A DNA stretch of 63,692 nt, filler included, from Octopus bimaculoides (Eukaryota), in NCBI RefSeq assembly GCF_001194135.2. It is 6 parts of 4 records of this genome, joined end to end, with 100 filler letters (N's around TTAATTAATTAA, not from the genome) between each part and the next. Parts side by side here need not be neighbours in the genome. Positions count along the whole stretch, not along the records: positions 1 to 22,239 come from NC_068981.1; positions 22,340 to 28,273 come from NC_068981.1; 4 more parts are not named here. One strand, 5' to 3'. How positions within the stretch are numbered: position 1 is the stretch's first letter; every line of letters starts with the position of its first letter. The notes under the pieces are model-generated. The model ran no database searches. It saw nothing but the letters and a program-made list of their open reading frames with translations, and was not told the origin of the DNA. Positions 12,692 through 25,105 of the stretch are shown piece by piece. Made by a program: the position numbers and the translations under genes.

Positions 12692-13121
12692 AACAACAAA
12701 CAAGATGAGGACAAATATCCGTCAAATGTAAATGAAGTAAATAACGTATATAAATCCTCATCTCTTACTACAATTTTTTGTACAGCATGTCATCTGCGAG
12801 ACACTGGTGGACGATGTGCATGAGGAGAACTCTTCATTTCACGTAGCCCCACTGACCTTGGCTAGTAAAAATGAAGACTCCCGCGCCAAAATATCCGTAG
12901 AATGTAAGTAATATAAATAATGTAAGCAATTGTAGTGCATCATAGTGGTGTGTATGTCTCCTCAGGCGACTTGCCAAAATGTGGCACGTTTTACAATCTC
13001 CTTTACGCTTATAATATATTTTGGTTGTTGTCGTTCCGTGTACTTATATCTTGGAAACTTGGATTATAATCATAATGATAATGTGGTCTATATCTATTGT
13101 TGTCACACTTGGTTTGCCTCA

Positions 13122-13187
<66 letters not shown>

Positions 13188-16100
13188 NNNNNNNNNNNNN
13201 NNNNNNNNNNNNNNNNNNNNNNNNNNNNNNNNNNNNNNNNNNNNNNNNNNNNNNNNNNNNNNNNNNNNNNNNNNNNNNNNNNNNNNNNNNNNNNNNNNNN
13301 NNNNNNNNNNNNNNNNNNNNNNNNNNNNNNNNNNNNNNNNNNNNNNNNNNNNNNNNNNNNNNNNNNNNNNNNNNNNNNNNNNNNNNNNNNNNNNNNNNNN
13401 NNNNNNNNNNNNNNNNNNNNNNNNNNNNNNNNNNNNNNNNNNNNNNNNNNNNNNNNNNNNNNNNNNNNNNNNNNNNNNNNNNNNNNNNNNNNNNNNNNNN
13501 NNNNNNNNNNNNNNNNNNNNNNNNNNNNNNNNNNNNNNNNNNNNNNNNNNNNNNNNNNNNNNNNNNNNNNNNNNNNNNNNNNNNNNNNNNNNNNNNNNNN
13601 NNNNNNNNNNNNNNNNNNNNNNNNNNNNNNNNNNNNNNNNNNNNNNNNNNNNNNNNNNNNNNNNNNNNNNNNNNNNNNNNNNNNNNNNNNNNNNNNNNNN
13701 NNNNNNNNNNNNNNNNNNNNNNNNNNNNNNNNNNNNNNNNNNNNNNNNNNNNNNNNNNNNNNNNNNNNNNNNNNNNNNNNNNNNNNNNNNNNNNNNNNNN
13801 NNNNNNNNNNNNNNNNNNNNNNNNNNNNNNNNNNNNNNNNNNNNNNNNNNNNNNNNNNNNNNNNNNNNNNNNNNNNNNNNNNNNNNNNNNNNNNNNNNNN
13901 NNNNNNNNNNNNNNNNNNNNNNNNNNNNNNNNNNNNNNNNNNNNNNNNNNNNNNNNNNNNNNNNNNNNNNNNNNNNNNNNNNNNNNNNNNNNNNNNNNNN
14001 NNNNNNNNNNNNNNNNNNNNNNNNNNNNNNNNNNNNNNNNNNNNNNNNNNNNNNNNNNTTTTGTCTTTGCTGTAAATATTGGAGGAACTTAAGACAATCA
14101 TTTCCATCACTATATCTTAGTGGCGGACTACAAACTCCAATGCAATATCATTCCATTCCTAACGTGTATCTGTTATTGTTTTGTACTGGGTATGGTAATT
14201 GTACACTGCGGAACAGAAAATGCGATTAAAGAGATTTACTTGATAATGAGCACTAGCCATAACGAAATTAAATGCAGGTATAAGTTTATGGAGATTTACT
14301 CTCTTACTTTATATATATTCAAATTCTGCATTCTACCATAAGATTGTTTCTTCAAGATATATCCACGCTGAAAGTGGAATGAAATCACACATATATTGTG
14401 ACAAGCCTGCTCTTCACTTACTGAAACACACGCTTGTGTACTCAGCATTATTCTCTTTCACACAAACAGTTTCCCATTCCCCTTTTCCCTTCCCTAACCC
14501 TAACCCTCTCATATAGATGCATATGCATATACAGTTACACAACTCAGTTCATCTAGCCACATATGTCTTTTATGCACACATACCCACACACGCCTACTCT
14601 CTACACTTTCTCACATATGCACACTCTTGCACCTATGCGCTAGTGCCTCTTTCGTTTCACACTAAGTTATAGGAAGGGAAAACTGCATAACATTTTACTC
14701 CATTAAATGGCGATGTTTTCATGACACTTTCGTTAATACATCACGTATGTGATACCCGTCACGTATTTTGGTCTCCTACTTCAAAGTCGAATTATTATGG
14801 TTTGTTAGCAGATTTCGTTTTCTTGTATTGCCTGGCTCTCTTCTTTTTTGAAACATTAGCATAGTGGTAGCATTAAATCTGCTTTGGATTGGAACCTGTG
14901 AACATTCGCTGAATGCAGGCAATTCACGTTGCCTAGTAAATCTTAATGTCAATATTTTGTTATGGTACCAAATATTTATTGATATTTGAGAAAACTACGA
15001 ATTGTACTTTGTTGTATATATAATGACTCTGGGAAGGTTTCCAACCAACGCTAAAGCACCCTTCCTTGTATTATAAATGATATTCTAAGAACGTAAGTCT
15101 TTATTAGACCACTGGGACAACGGAGATATTTTCACTTGAATCAACCCGATTTACTCTCACAAAGTATATGTCATTAACGGTATTTTAAAAGTGTTACATT
15201 TTGATGTTATCGATTTCCTGATGCTCTGGCTTTTCGCCCACCCTTGCTATTCAAATCTGCATTTCAAGCGTGTCTCTGCAGTCAATCCCATGTTGAAACG
15301 TCAAAAGATATTAAAATTATAAACTGAAAGTACTGCCATAATTAGTGAAGATATCAAGAGAATGTTTCTTGCAGTACTTACCAAGCATACAGACTCACTA
15401 TATAGTGAGATTTTCACTTTGGTAGACATAGCAGAATGCTTGGTAGTGTTATCCTTGGGTCCCTGCACTTAGGAAAATGATGGAATAGTTACTGCCAGAC
15501 TGAAGTTCTCTTCTCTCGAAGACAGCCGAGAATGGTAATGCAAAAACTAAAATCAATATGCTACGTAAAAATCATTTATGTTAGAATACAACATACTGTC
15601 CCTATAGAGTGATAGAAGTTTGTATAATGAAATTATAAATAACTTTGACAAGCAACAATTTCGTACATAAAAAATGGAAGAAAATGAATGATGTCCCATA
15701 TTGTATAGTTCATACATACATACACATTTTTTCTGCTAAAAATATAAGCATCAAGTGCAATTTGTTATAAATAAGGCATGTACTTTGAACAGATATTGTA
15801 AGTGGTTGGATGCATTGCCTCAACAGGTTTGTGGTTACTTTCTTGAAATGTTTCTACGTTTCTGCAAAAAAGCAAATACAATTTTCAAAACTTGTATTTA
15901 TATCTCCGAAATGTATTTTATTGAAGAATTGAATACAAAAATTCAGTTCTTTCGATATGATGAGTACATCGTCCTGAAAAACACTTAATTGCTTGTTTTC
16001 CATGAAGATATCTGGAATGTTATCCCACTGCTTAATCCTCTTAGTCTTGAGATTTTTCAAGAAAACCAAATATCAGATTAGATGCGTTTCTGTTTACTCA

Positions 16101-16560
16101 TTTTTTTCTAACTGAGCAATGATTCTTTACTTACATATATGTTTTTTAACGTTGAAAAGGAATGTTTTCATCGATACAGCTTAATGTTTACGTAGTTTGC
16201 ATTCAGTATTACAACGATATGAGGTACTGTGGGAGAGGGAATGTATAGAGACACACGCATACAGTGATTTATTATTTACTTTCTTATCAGTGCACAGCAT
16301 ATAACTGCACTGCATACGAGTGGTGGAACGAGTTGATATAGGTTTATGGATGCAAGTGATTTTACTCACACTGTGAAAATATGTCAGGAAGAAACAATTT
16401 AAGGATACAGAATGCCTTCCTTCATAGAAAATATGAAATTCAATACGCGTAACAACCTGGGAGTATGCGTTGCAAATGCTTTATTTATTCGCAGAGCAAA
16501 TAGTGTATTAGTGGATTTGGTATATATAAATCTGTAGATTTTGTGTAATATATATGCGCA

Positions 16561-16705
16561 GACGTGGCTGTGTGCTTCCAAAGCATTTTGTCTTGGGTTC
16601 AGTCCCACTGCGCAGTAGTCGTGGCAGCGTCTTCCACGATAAACCAGAGCTGTATAAAATCTTGTGAAAGTATTTGGTAGATGGAAATTGAAAAGACCGA
16701 CGTAA
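16561..16705 (+). mobile_element. Degenerate 5' half of CORE-type tRNA SINE
   Basis: gtggctgtgtg..gggttcagtcccactgcg..atttggtagatggaaattgaaa; homologous to 39540-39933. Confidence 0.6.
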
Positions 16706-16741
16706 ATATGTACGCATATATGTGTGTGTGTGTGTATGTGT

Positions 16742-16781
<40 letters not shown>

Positions 16782-18903
16782 NNNNNNNNNNNNNNNNNNN
16801 NNNNNNNNNNNNNNNNNNNNNNNNNNNNNNNNNNNNNNNNNNNNNNNNNNNNNNNNNNNNNNNNNNNNNNNNNNNNNNNNNNNNNNNNNNNNNNNNNNNN
16901 NNNNNNNNNNNNNNNNNNNNNNNNNNNNNNNNNNNNNNNNNNNNNNNNNNNNNNNNNNNNNNNNNNNNNNNNNNNNNNNNNNNNNNNNNNNNNNNNNNNN
17001 NNNNNNNNNNNNNNNNNNNNNNNNNNNNNNNNNNNNNNNNNNNNNNNNNNNNNNNNNNNNNNNNNNNNNNNNNNNNNNNNNNNNNNNNNNNNNNNNNNNN
17101 NNNNNNNNNNNNNNNNNNNNNNNNNNNNNNNNNNNNNNNNNNNNNNNNNNNNNNNNNNNNNNNNNNNNNNNNNNNNNNNNNNNNNNNNNNNNNNNNNNNN
17201 NNNNNNNNNNNNNNNNNNNNNNNNNNNNNNNNNNNNNNNNNNNNNNNNNNNNNNNNNNNNNNNNNNNNNNNNNNNNNNNNNNNNNNNNNNNNNNNNNNNN
17301 NNNNNNNNNNNNNNNNNNNNNNNNNNNNNNNNNNNNNNNNNNNNNNNNNNNNNNNNNNNNNNNNNNNNNNNNNNNNNNNNNNNNNNNNNNNNNNNNNNNN
17401 NNNNNNNNNNNNNNNNNNNNNNNNNNNNNNNNNNNNNNNNNNNNNNNNNNNNNNNNNNNNNNNNNNNNNNNNNNNNNNNNNNNNNNNNNNNNNNNNNNNN
17501 NNNNNNNNNNNNNNNNNNNNNNNNNNNNNNNNNNNNNNNNNNNNNNNNNNNNNNNNNNNNNNNNNNNNNNNNNNNNNNNNNNNNNNNNNNNNNNNNNNNN
17601 NNNNNNNNNNNNNNNNNNNNNNNNNNNNNNNNNNNNNNNNNNNNNNNNNNNNNNNNNNNNNNNNNNNNNNNNNNNNNNNNNNNNNNNNNNNNNNNNNNNN
17701 GAGGAAATGCAACTCTCAAAGCCAACCCCTCGAAAACGAACTAAATTATAGATCATGATTTCGTAGTTATTGTAGTATTATACAACTTCTACTCGTCAGT
17801 ATAATATGGTCCAGAAAAATAGAAATAAACAGTGAATCAACATACCAAACGAACACCATGCATGCAGCATAGCATATAAACGACTGTTCATCACTATTTT
17901 CCTGTGCATGTGTGTGTGTGTGCTTCCCTGTCTTGACATGGATGTAAACTATCATTGTGATCATGTTTATGCCGCCTGCTTTTGTCTCTCACCACCGCTT
18001 CACAACCAGTGCTAGTGTGTTTACGTCATCGTTAATCAAAAGCGATACGATAGAATAAATACTAGGCTTAAACAAGTTCAAGAGTCAATTTGTTCGACTA
18101 AAACCCTTCAGTGCAGTGCTCCAGCATGGCTGGAGTCAAATGTTTAAAATAAGTAAAAGATAAAACGATTAAAAATGTTATAGATGTATATACGTTGTTT
18201 CAGTTGTCATAAAGAAGTGTTTCTTTTTGTTTAGGAACGTGGTTTATTTGTTACATTAATAGGAAAGGTGATCATGCAGTGTATGAAAGGAAACATTCAG
18301 ATGAAACAACGTATAAGACACATACAGAAAGTCTTTGGCAGAATTTCAACATTGGGCTGATTTTACTTACCAAATACATAGTCATGCTGCCGTGGTGTGA
18401 CTTCTTCGATCGTTCCAGGTTGAATACGCAGCAGTCAAATAAGAACTTTGAGGATAGTGAAAGCCAATTGGAATCACTTTGAAGGTTGCGAGTAGGGAGA
18501 CCGTCACGGTGGCTGTGATGTCCGCGAAACTCTGCGAAACTCGCGGCAAATTTGACTGTATTTATAAGCTCCGTCTACGGAAAATGTAGACGAGCCACCG
18601 AACTATCATGTGAACAACAACTGTTCATTGGAAAGCAATTGAGTTTGCGCTTATGAACAAACAGTGATTTCTATGTGGCAACACATGGAATCGAATCCAA
18701 GTACTGTACAGTAATTAGACTGTTGCCATGCTGGGGCACCGCACTGAAGAATTTTTAGTTTTAGGAATCGAATTCGGTACTTATTTTTTAAAACCTGGTA
18801 TTTATCCTACGGTCTCCTTTGCTGAATCACTAAGTTACGCTTACATAAACAAGCCAATATCTGTTGGCAGGTGGCGAAGTCGGCGCAAATACAGACACGA
18901 AAA

Positions 18904-18945
<42 letters not shown>

Positions 18946-19784
18946 TATATATATAACACATTCTCACAGCTTCTGTCTAACAAATTGACTCATAAACCAT
19001 CAGTCATTCCAGGATTATAGCAGAATACACTTGCCTATAATATCGCTCGTCCGGACTGAACTCAGAACCAAGTTGCTGCAAAGTGAACTGCTGAATTGCA
19101 TCTATCTCTGTGCTTATGTATGTGTGTGTGTGAGTGTGTGTGTTTGTGTGTTTGTGTGTGTGTATGTGTGTGTGTGTGTGCGTGTGTGTGTGTCTTTGTG
19201 CAGCTGAGGATTGCTCTGCATTTTTAAATTGCTGTAATGATTATATTGTTCAATTAAATGGAGTTGCATGAAACGATCGTACTGCATTCCCTCTGGATAT
19301 CCCTGTTGCTAAATGTGATTATNNNNNNNNNNNNNNNNNNNNNNNNNNNNNNNNNNNNNNNNNNNNNNNNNNNNNNNNNNNNNNNNNNNNNNNNNNNNNN
19401 NNNNNNNNNNNNNNNNNNNNNNNNNNNNNNNNNNNNNNNNNNNNNNNNNNNNNNNNNNNNNNNNNNNNNNNNNNNNNNNNNNNNNNNNNNNNNNNNNNNN
19501 NNNNNNNNNNNNNNNNNNNNNNNNNNNNNNNNNNNNNNNNNNNNNNNNNNNNNNNNNNNNNNNNNNNNNNNNNNNNNNNNNNNNNNNNNNNNNNNTATTA
19601 TACAAGGAAATATAATACATGTTTGCAACATTCTATATTTCGGACAGCCACGCGTGCAGTAATTTTGATGATTTTCATACTTTATAGACCTCTTATATTA
19701 TTCCACAAACATATATCCCAGTTATGTGAAATGGCACAAAGTTATATACAAATTTGGGACGATGGTTTGTATTTTCTGCTCTAG

Positions 19785-20195
19785 TAGGTGTGTATTAAGA
19801 AGCTTGCTTCCCAACCACATGGTTCTGGGTTCAACTCCACGGTGAGCCAAATTTGGCAAGTGTCTTTCAACTCTAGCTTCGGGCCAACCAAAACTTTGTG
19901 AGTGGATTTGGTAGATGGAAACTGGAGAAAAAAAAGAAACGTCGTACCTATCTGCATATGTGTTTTCTGGTAGTATTTTCATTTTTTTATGATGATATTT
20001 CTGTGCTTGTGCTCACGCCATCGGTTGACAATCGATGTTGGTGTTTTTACGTCCCCGTAACATAGCTCTTCGGCAAAAGAATCAATGAATAAGTACTAAA
20101 CTTACAAAGAATAAGACTTGGCGTCGATTTGTTCGACTAAAGGCAGTGCTCCGGCATGACCACAGTCAGATGAATGAAAGAGGTAAATGATAAAG
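19785..20195 (+). mobile_element. CORE-type tRNA SINE, near full length
   Basis: Collinear with 39540-39933, including ggttcaactccac, ttggcaagtgtctt and the gactaaaggcagtgctcc tail. Confidence 0.8.
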
Positions 20196-20504
20196 GCGTA
20201 TACAGTAATTTCAAATAGGTCAAGGCTATTATTCACGTTATCTTCATACATAATGATGTATACAAATATATTTGAGAATTATTTTAATCAACCGTAATAT
20301 AACTTATAGCGTTTAAAATGATGAATAGAAATCAGGTTAAGCAACAACAAAAACAAGATAAAGTTTGCGCGCGATTAACGAACACAATAGAAAGGATGGA
20401 CAGATTGATTAGTGACATTAGACATAGGTAAAGATACTGAATGCCAAACACTCGAACAAATACACAGACAGCCGACAAACGCACGCAATCATGCACTCAC
20501 ACAC

Positions 20505-20645
20505 ATACGCCCACATACTCACTCTCTCTCTCTCTCTCACTCTCTCTCCCACTCTCTCTCTCACACACTCTCTCTCCCACTCTCTCTCTCCCACTCTCTC
20601 TCTCTCTCTCTCCCACTCTCTCTCTCCCACTCTCTCTCTCTCTAT
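20505..20645. repeat. (CT)n-rich microsatellite with periodic CCCA interruptions
   Basis: Direct reading of the sequence. Confidence 0.9.
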
Positions 20646-21297
20646 GTCTCACACACGGGCATGCACTCACACACGCACATACGTACATCTATTTACACAT
20701 TGTAAAATAAAATAGATTAGAATTCAAAAGACAAACATCTAAGAGTTGTCATGTATAATACCATGATCGAAACAAGGCAGGTAAAAAACGATTGTATGTA
20801 ATGTGTACATATATGTTTGTATGCATGTCTGCATGCATGTATATATATATATAATATTTTACGAGACATCTTCTGATGTGGTTTATTTNNNNNNNNNNNN
20901 NNNNNNNNNNNNNNNNNNNNNNNNNNNNNNNNNNNNNNNNNNNNNNNNNNNNNNNNNNNNNNNNNNNNNNNNNNNNNNNNNNNNNNNNNNNNNNNNNNNN
21001 NNNNNNNNNNNNNNNNNNNNNNNNNNNNNNNNNNNNNNNNNNNNNNNNNNNNNNNNNNNNNNNNNNNNNNNNNNNNNNNNNNNNNNNNNNNNNNNNNNNN
21101 NNNNNNNNNNNNNNNNNNNNNNNNNNNNNNNNNNNNNNNNNNNNNNNNNNNNNNNNNNNNNNNNNNNNNNNNNNNNNNNNNNNNNNNNNNNNNNNNNNNN
21201 NNNNNNNNNNNNNNNNNNNNNNNNNNNNNNNNNNNNNNNNNNNNNNNNNNNNNNNNNNNNNNNNNNNNNNNNNNNNNNNNNNNNNNNNNNNNNNNNN

Positions 21298-21328
<31 letters not shown>

Positions 21329-21514
21329 CGTGTGGGTGTATAGATAAAGGTATACATATATAATTATAGTATATTCTATTAAGACCGAAGTACAGCACAG
21401 TATAATTCTCGTCCACCCATCCAGTAGTGGCATTATGCGTACTTCCAGATTTGCGTTTGGACTTCTGTTGTGTGGAAATAGATAACAGAAAACGTTTGGC
21501 GTCAGCAAGGAGTA

Positions 21515-21698
21515 GGTACAGTTCTATATTATGTACCTTATTTACGTTATCTACATTTGACGGATACTTGTTCTCATCTTGCTTATCGTTAACACAACGT
21601 TTCGGCTGATATACTTTCTAGCCTTTATCAAATTCCTGGAGAAATTTCGAACCTGGTTTCACATTCCTAAGGTATTTTTCCGATGTTATTATTATAAC

Positions 21699-21738
<40 letters not shown>

Positions 21739-21822
21739 ATTCAGGTCACTATCTGGAATCGAACTCGGAATCTTGGGGTCACTAGCCCGCGGTCTTAACC
21801 ATTACGTCTTCATAGGATATTC
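21515..21822 (-). mobile_element. Stand-alone pLTR module: tRNA-like head, expanded (TAA)n, hammerhead motif, tail
   Basis: Minus strand reads gacgtaatggttaagaccgcgggctagtgaccccaagattccgagttcgattccag..(TAA)n..catcggaaaaataccttaggaat..ttcgaaattt..aaaggctagaaagtatatcagccgaaacgttgtgttaac..atccgtcaaatgta. It is collinear with 12511-12770. No RT sequence is adjacent. Confidence 0.8.
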
Positions 21823-23504
21823 TAACTAGAAAATGAAGCTTCATCAGAGTGAATACAAAAGCGACCAAACAATAAACAAAAGGAAGAGGGAATAGGAAAG
21901 AAAACATGGCCTAGAGAAGAATCCTGGAGGCCTAATATGTTAAAGTCATAAAATCTTCCATTTGTTTTTGTCAAAAAAACACAGACATTTTATGTTTCTT
22001 CACTTGTGTATAGCTGTTCTTATTTAATTATTTTAACTCATGCCCATTGACATGAACACACACGAAAGCAAATAGTGTCGCTGAAGACGTCATGGATGTA
22101 AAACGAACGATTTTTGGACAATAGACATTAGATAATATGATGAAATAAGAAAAGTAATAGACCAGATAAAAAAAACATACAGTGCATGTGTTTAGTTGGC
22201 AAAATCCATGAACGCCCCAAAATACAGCAATAAAAGAATNNNNNNNNNNNNNNNNNNNNNNNNNNNNNNNNNNNNNNNNNNNNTTAATTAATTAANNNNN
22301 NNNNNNNNNNNNNNNNNNNNNNNNNNNNNNNNNNNNNNNATATATGTATATATATATATATATATATACACATATATATATATATACATATATATATATG
22401 TACGTGTATACATACATACATACATACATATGTATGTATGTGTGTATATATATATATCGCACCTAATCTAGTCATGCTTTAAGTTGTTGATCGTTCAACA
22501 TCCATAATGAAAGCAACATTATTTTACTAAAAATTTGTTCGGCAAACATCAGTAAGTAATTTGTTTTCTGGTTTCTGTAAACAAATGCCTACACTTTTAT
22601 TCGATTCATTGGTCTGGTAGGGGCAGCTTTGAATGAGGAGACACACAATAAGGTCAAAACACCACTGTATCCACCAAATCTTATAACGGTGAATCATGTG
22701 GTGTTATGAACACTCATTGGTTAACGGTAGATGTTTTTGGATGAGGGAAAACAACAGCGATTGGCATATTCATGTTCGAATCTGTCAGAACATATCAACA
22801 ATAAATCTTTTATTTTTCACTTGTTTCGTTCATTTGACTGTGACCATGCAGGAACAGTGTCTTGAGAAATATTAGTCGGATGAATGGACCCCAGGGCTTA
22901 ACTTTTTTTAAAGTTTGGTAGTTATTTGTCGACCCGCTAAGTTACAGGGTTGTAAACATACCGACACCGGTTGTCAAGTGGAGGTGGAGGACAAACACAG
23001 ACACAATAGAAACACGTAGAATCTCCCCATATGTATGTATGCATGCATGTATGTATGTATGTATGTATGTATGTATGTATGTATGTATGTATGTATGTAT
23101 GTATGCATATGTGCAGATTTGTATGTTTTGCTTTATGTATGTATTCTCATGTGTATAGTTAGATATCTTGACACGCTCATATATATTTAAATGATAAACT
23201 TCTGGAAAGTTTTACAGATTTTTACAGTTCCAGTGATGGATTTGATTTGTCGTCTTCGAATCAGCTTTCTCCTTTCTGATTCTGAGAAGCATGTATATAC
23301 ATACATACATACATAATTACATACATATATATGTATATGTGTATATATATATGTATATATGTGTATATATATATGTATATATATATATNNNNNNNNNNNN
23401 NNNNNNNNNNNNNNNNNNNNNNNNNNNNNNNNNNNNNNNNNNNNNNNNNNNNNNNNNNNNNNNNNNNNNNNNNNNNNATAGATAGATAGGTAGATAAATA
23501 TATA

Positions 23505-23657
23505 ACACGACGGATCTCTTTGTTTCCGACTACCAAATCCACCCACAAGACTCTTGTCGGGCCCCGAGGTTACAGTAGCTAGTTGTCCAAGAAGCCGGTA
23601 AGTGGGGCTGAACCCGGAATAATGTGGTTGGGAAACAAACTTCTTACCACACACCCA
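23505..23657 (-). mobile_element. CORE-type SINE 5' half
   Basis: The reverse complement matches the 39540 head (ccgggttcagccccac, atttggtagtcggaaac). Confidence 0.65.
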
Positions 23658-24624
23658 TTGTTCCATATTTTGTTAGTCTCTCACAACAGAGGAAGTAAGA
23701 AAAATAATAAACTAAAAAACCCTTTTCTTTGCGATATGACAGTTCTAGGTGGTTGCTCATGTTTCCAGATTTAGCTTTTCTCTCCATTGTCTTCACAAAG
23801 TTGATATGTTTTTCTATAACATTCCGGGTACATTGTGTCACCTTTATCTTGGTTATATTTTTGGCGGGGATTTTGTTCGTTGTTGCTTATTTTTTGTTGT
23901 TCTTTTTTTTTGTTTAATGAGATATTTTCGTTGTTATCTATCGCTTCCTGTTTGGTGAAGCCATATGTGTATAATAATGTAGTGATGATGGCGATGATGA
24001 TGATCGTTGCAATGGAGGGGTGGTGGTTATGAAGATGATGATGATGATGAAGTTGATGATGAAAAAAATGACAATGAAAATGATGATAATCGTGGTGATG
24101 GTGGTGGTGGTCGTAGAGGTAGGAAATATGGCATATATACGATAATTATAATTATATTTATAACTTTTATCAAGTTGCTTGATGTTTATGCAAAATAATG
24201 AAATGAATACTAATTTTCGAAAAAAAAAAAGATATTTTTACTTAAAATATAATTGAATAACACAAATTTCTCATTTGCATAACTCCTCCCAAAACAACTT
24301 AGTCATTTACTCCCACTATTCTTTCTCATTTTCTTCAACTCCTCCTCCTTACTCCACCCCTCTTCCTCCTCCTCATGCTGCTGCTGCTGTCTTTATGATT
24401 TTCGCCCAATGTGTGTGCGTGCACGTGTGAGTGTGTTGCGCGTGTGATTTGTGTGGCGTTCCCTTACTCATTGCCAGTCACCAAACCTGGTACGTGCATG
24501 CATTCTATATATCTTATGTCAACTCTCTCTCTCTCTCTCTTCGTATCTCTGTACGACGTAAGGCGTGAATATATAAACCAATCAACATGTATTTTCAGCT
24601 ATTTATGCAATATATATATAAGTG

Positions 24625-24703
24625 CGTGGCTTAGTGGTTAGGGTGTTCAGCTTACCATCGTAAGTTCGCGAGTTCGATTCCTGGCGGTAGGTCGCGTCCT
24701 TGA
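24625..24703 (+). mobile_element. tRNA-derived SINE head (third family), running into an N gap
   Basis: A box TGGCTTAGTGG and B box GAGTTCGATTCC, continuing into a non-tRNA body. Related pieces lie at about 25150-25250, 28440-28580 (minus) and 63500-63620 (minus). Confidence 0.6.
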
Positions 24704-25074
24704 NNNNNNNNNNNNNNNNNNNNNNNNNNNNNNNNNNNNNNNNNNNNNNNNNNNNNNNNNNNNNNNNNNNNNNNNNNNNNNNNNNNNNNNNNNNNNNNNN
24801 NNNNNNNNNNNNNNNNNNNNNNNNNNNNNNNNNNNNNNNNNNNNNNNNNNNNNNNNNNNNNNNNNNNNNNNNNNNNNNNNNNNNNNNNNNNNNNNNNNNN
24901 NNNNNNNNNNNNNNNNNNNNNNNNNNNNNNNNNNNNNNNNNNNNNNNNNNNNNNNNNNNNNNNNNNNNNNNNNNNNNNNNNNNNNNNNNNNNNNNNNNNN
25001 NNNNNNNNNNNNNNNNNNNNNNNNNNNNNNNNNNNNNNNNNNNNNNNNNNNNNNNNNNNNNNNNNNNNNNNNNN

Positions 25075-25105
<31 letters not shown>

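Larger units (their letters stand above)
11085..12895 (+). mobile_element. Penelope-like element: inverted 5' pseudo-LTR, RT fragment, internal deletion, GIY-YIG tail, 3' pseudo-LTR
   Basis: The reverse complement of about 11157-11431 aligns with about 12645-12891. RT motifs: VLNKGLNIA, ILSADKRNSVVV, YGLPKIHKDGIPLRPI, SLDGIHLFTNVP, FCVETTYF, GSAMGSSLSLIIANIYM. These are followed by SIRKQKEAHLLGHKNLLRRPNVDMNSR*ERVLRKD, resembling the endonuclease C-terminus. An inverted pLTR plus a direct pLTR is the classic PLE layout. Confidence 0.9.

Noticed and set aside
14120-14341. 73-aa ORF with a hydrophobic stretch and a possible CAG|GTATAA donor
   Set aside because: No family resemblance, a non-ATG start in the track and a weak donor. 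Insufficient support.
14492-14507. ccctaaccctaaccct telomere-like repeat
   Set aside because: Only about 2.5 units inside a pyrimidine-rich tract, too short to call an interstitial telomere.
18380-18680. Possible mariner-derived non-coding fragment
   Set aside because: No TIR pair, TSD or transposase motif could be confirmed by eye.
22284-22295. TTAATTAATTAA islands centred in N runs (also 28318-28329, 40006-40017, 58175-58186, 60724-60735)
   Set aside because: An identical 12-mer with stops in all six frames, flanked by equal N runs to give a 100-bp block. This is a scaffolding spacer, not biology.
24625-24703. tRNA-like sequences here and at 12511, 21750, 39540 and 58529 as tRNA genes
   Set aside because: A/B boxes are present, but there is no closed acceptor stem or poly-T terminator, and each continues into a repeat body. 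They are SINE or pLTR heads.
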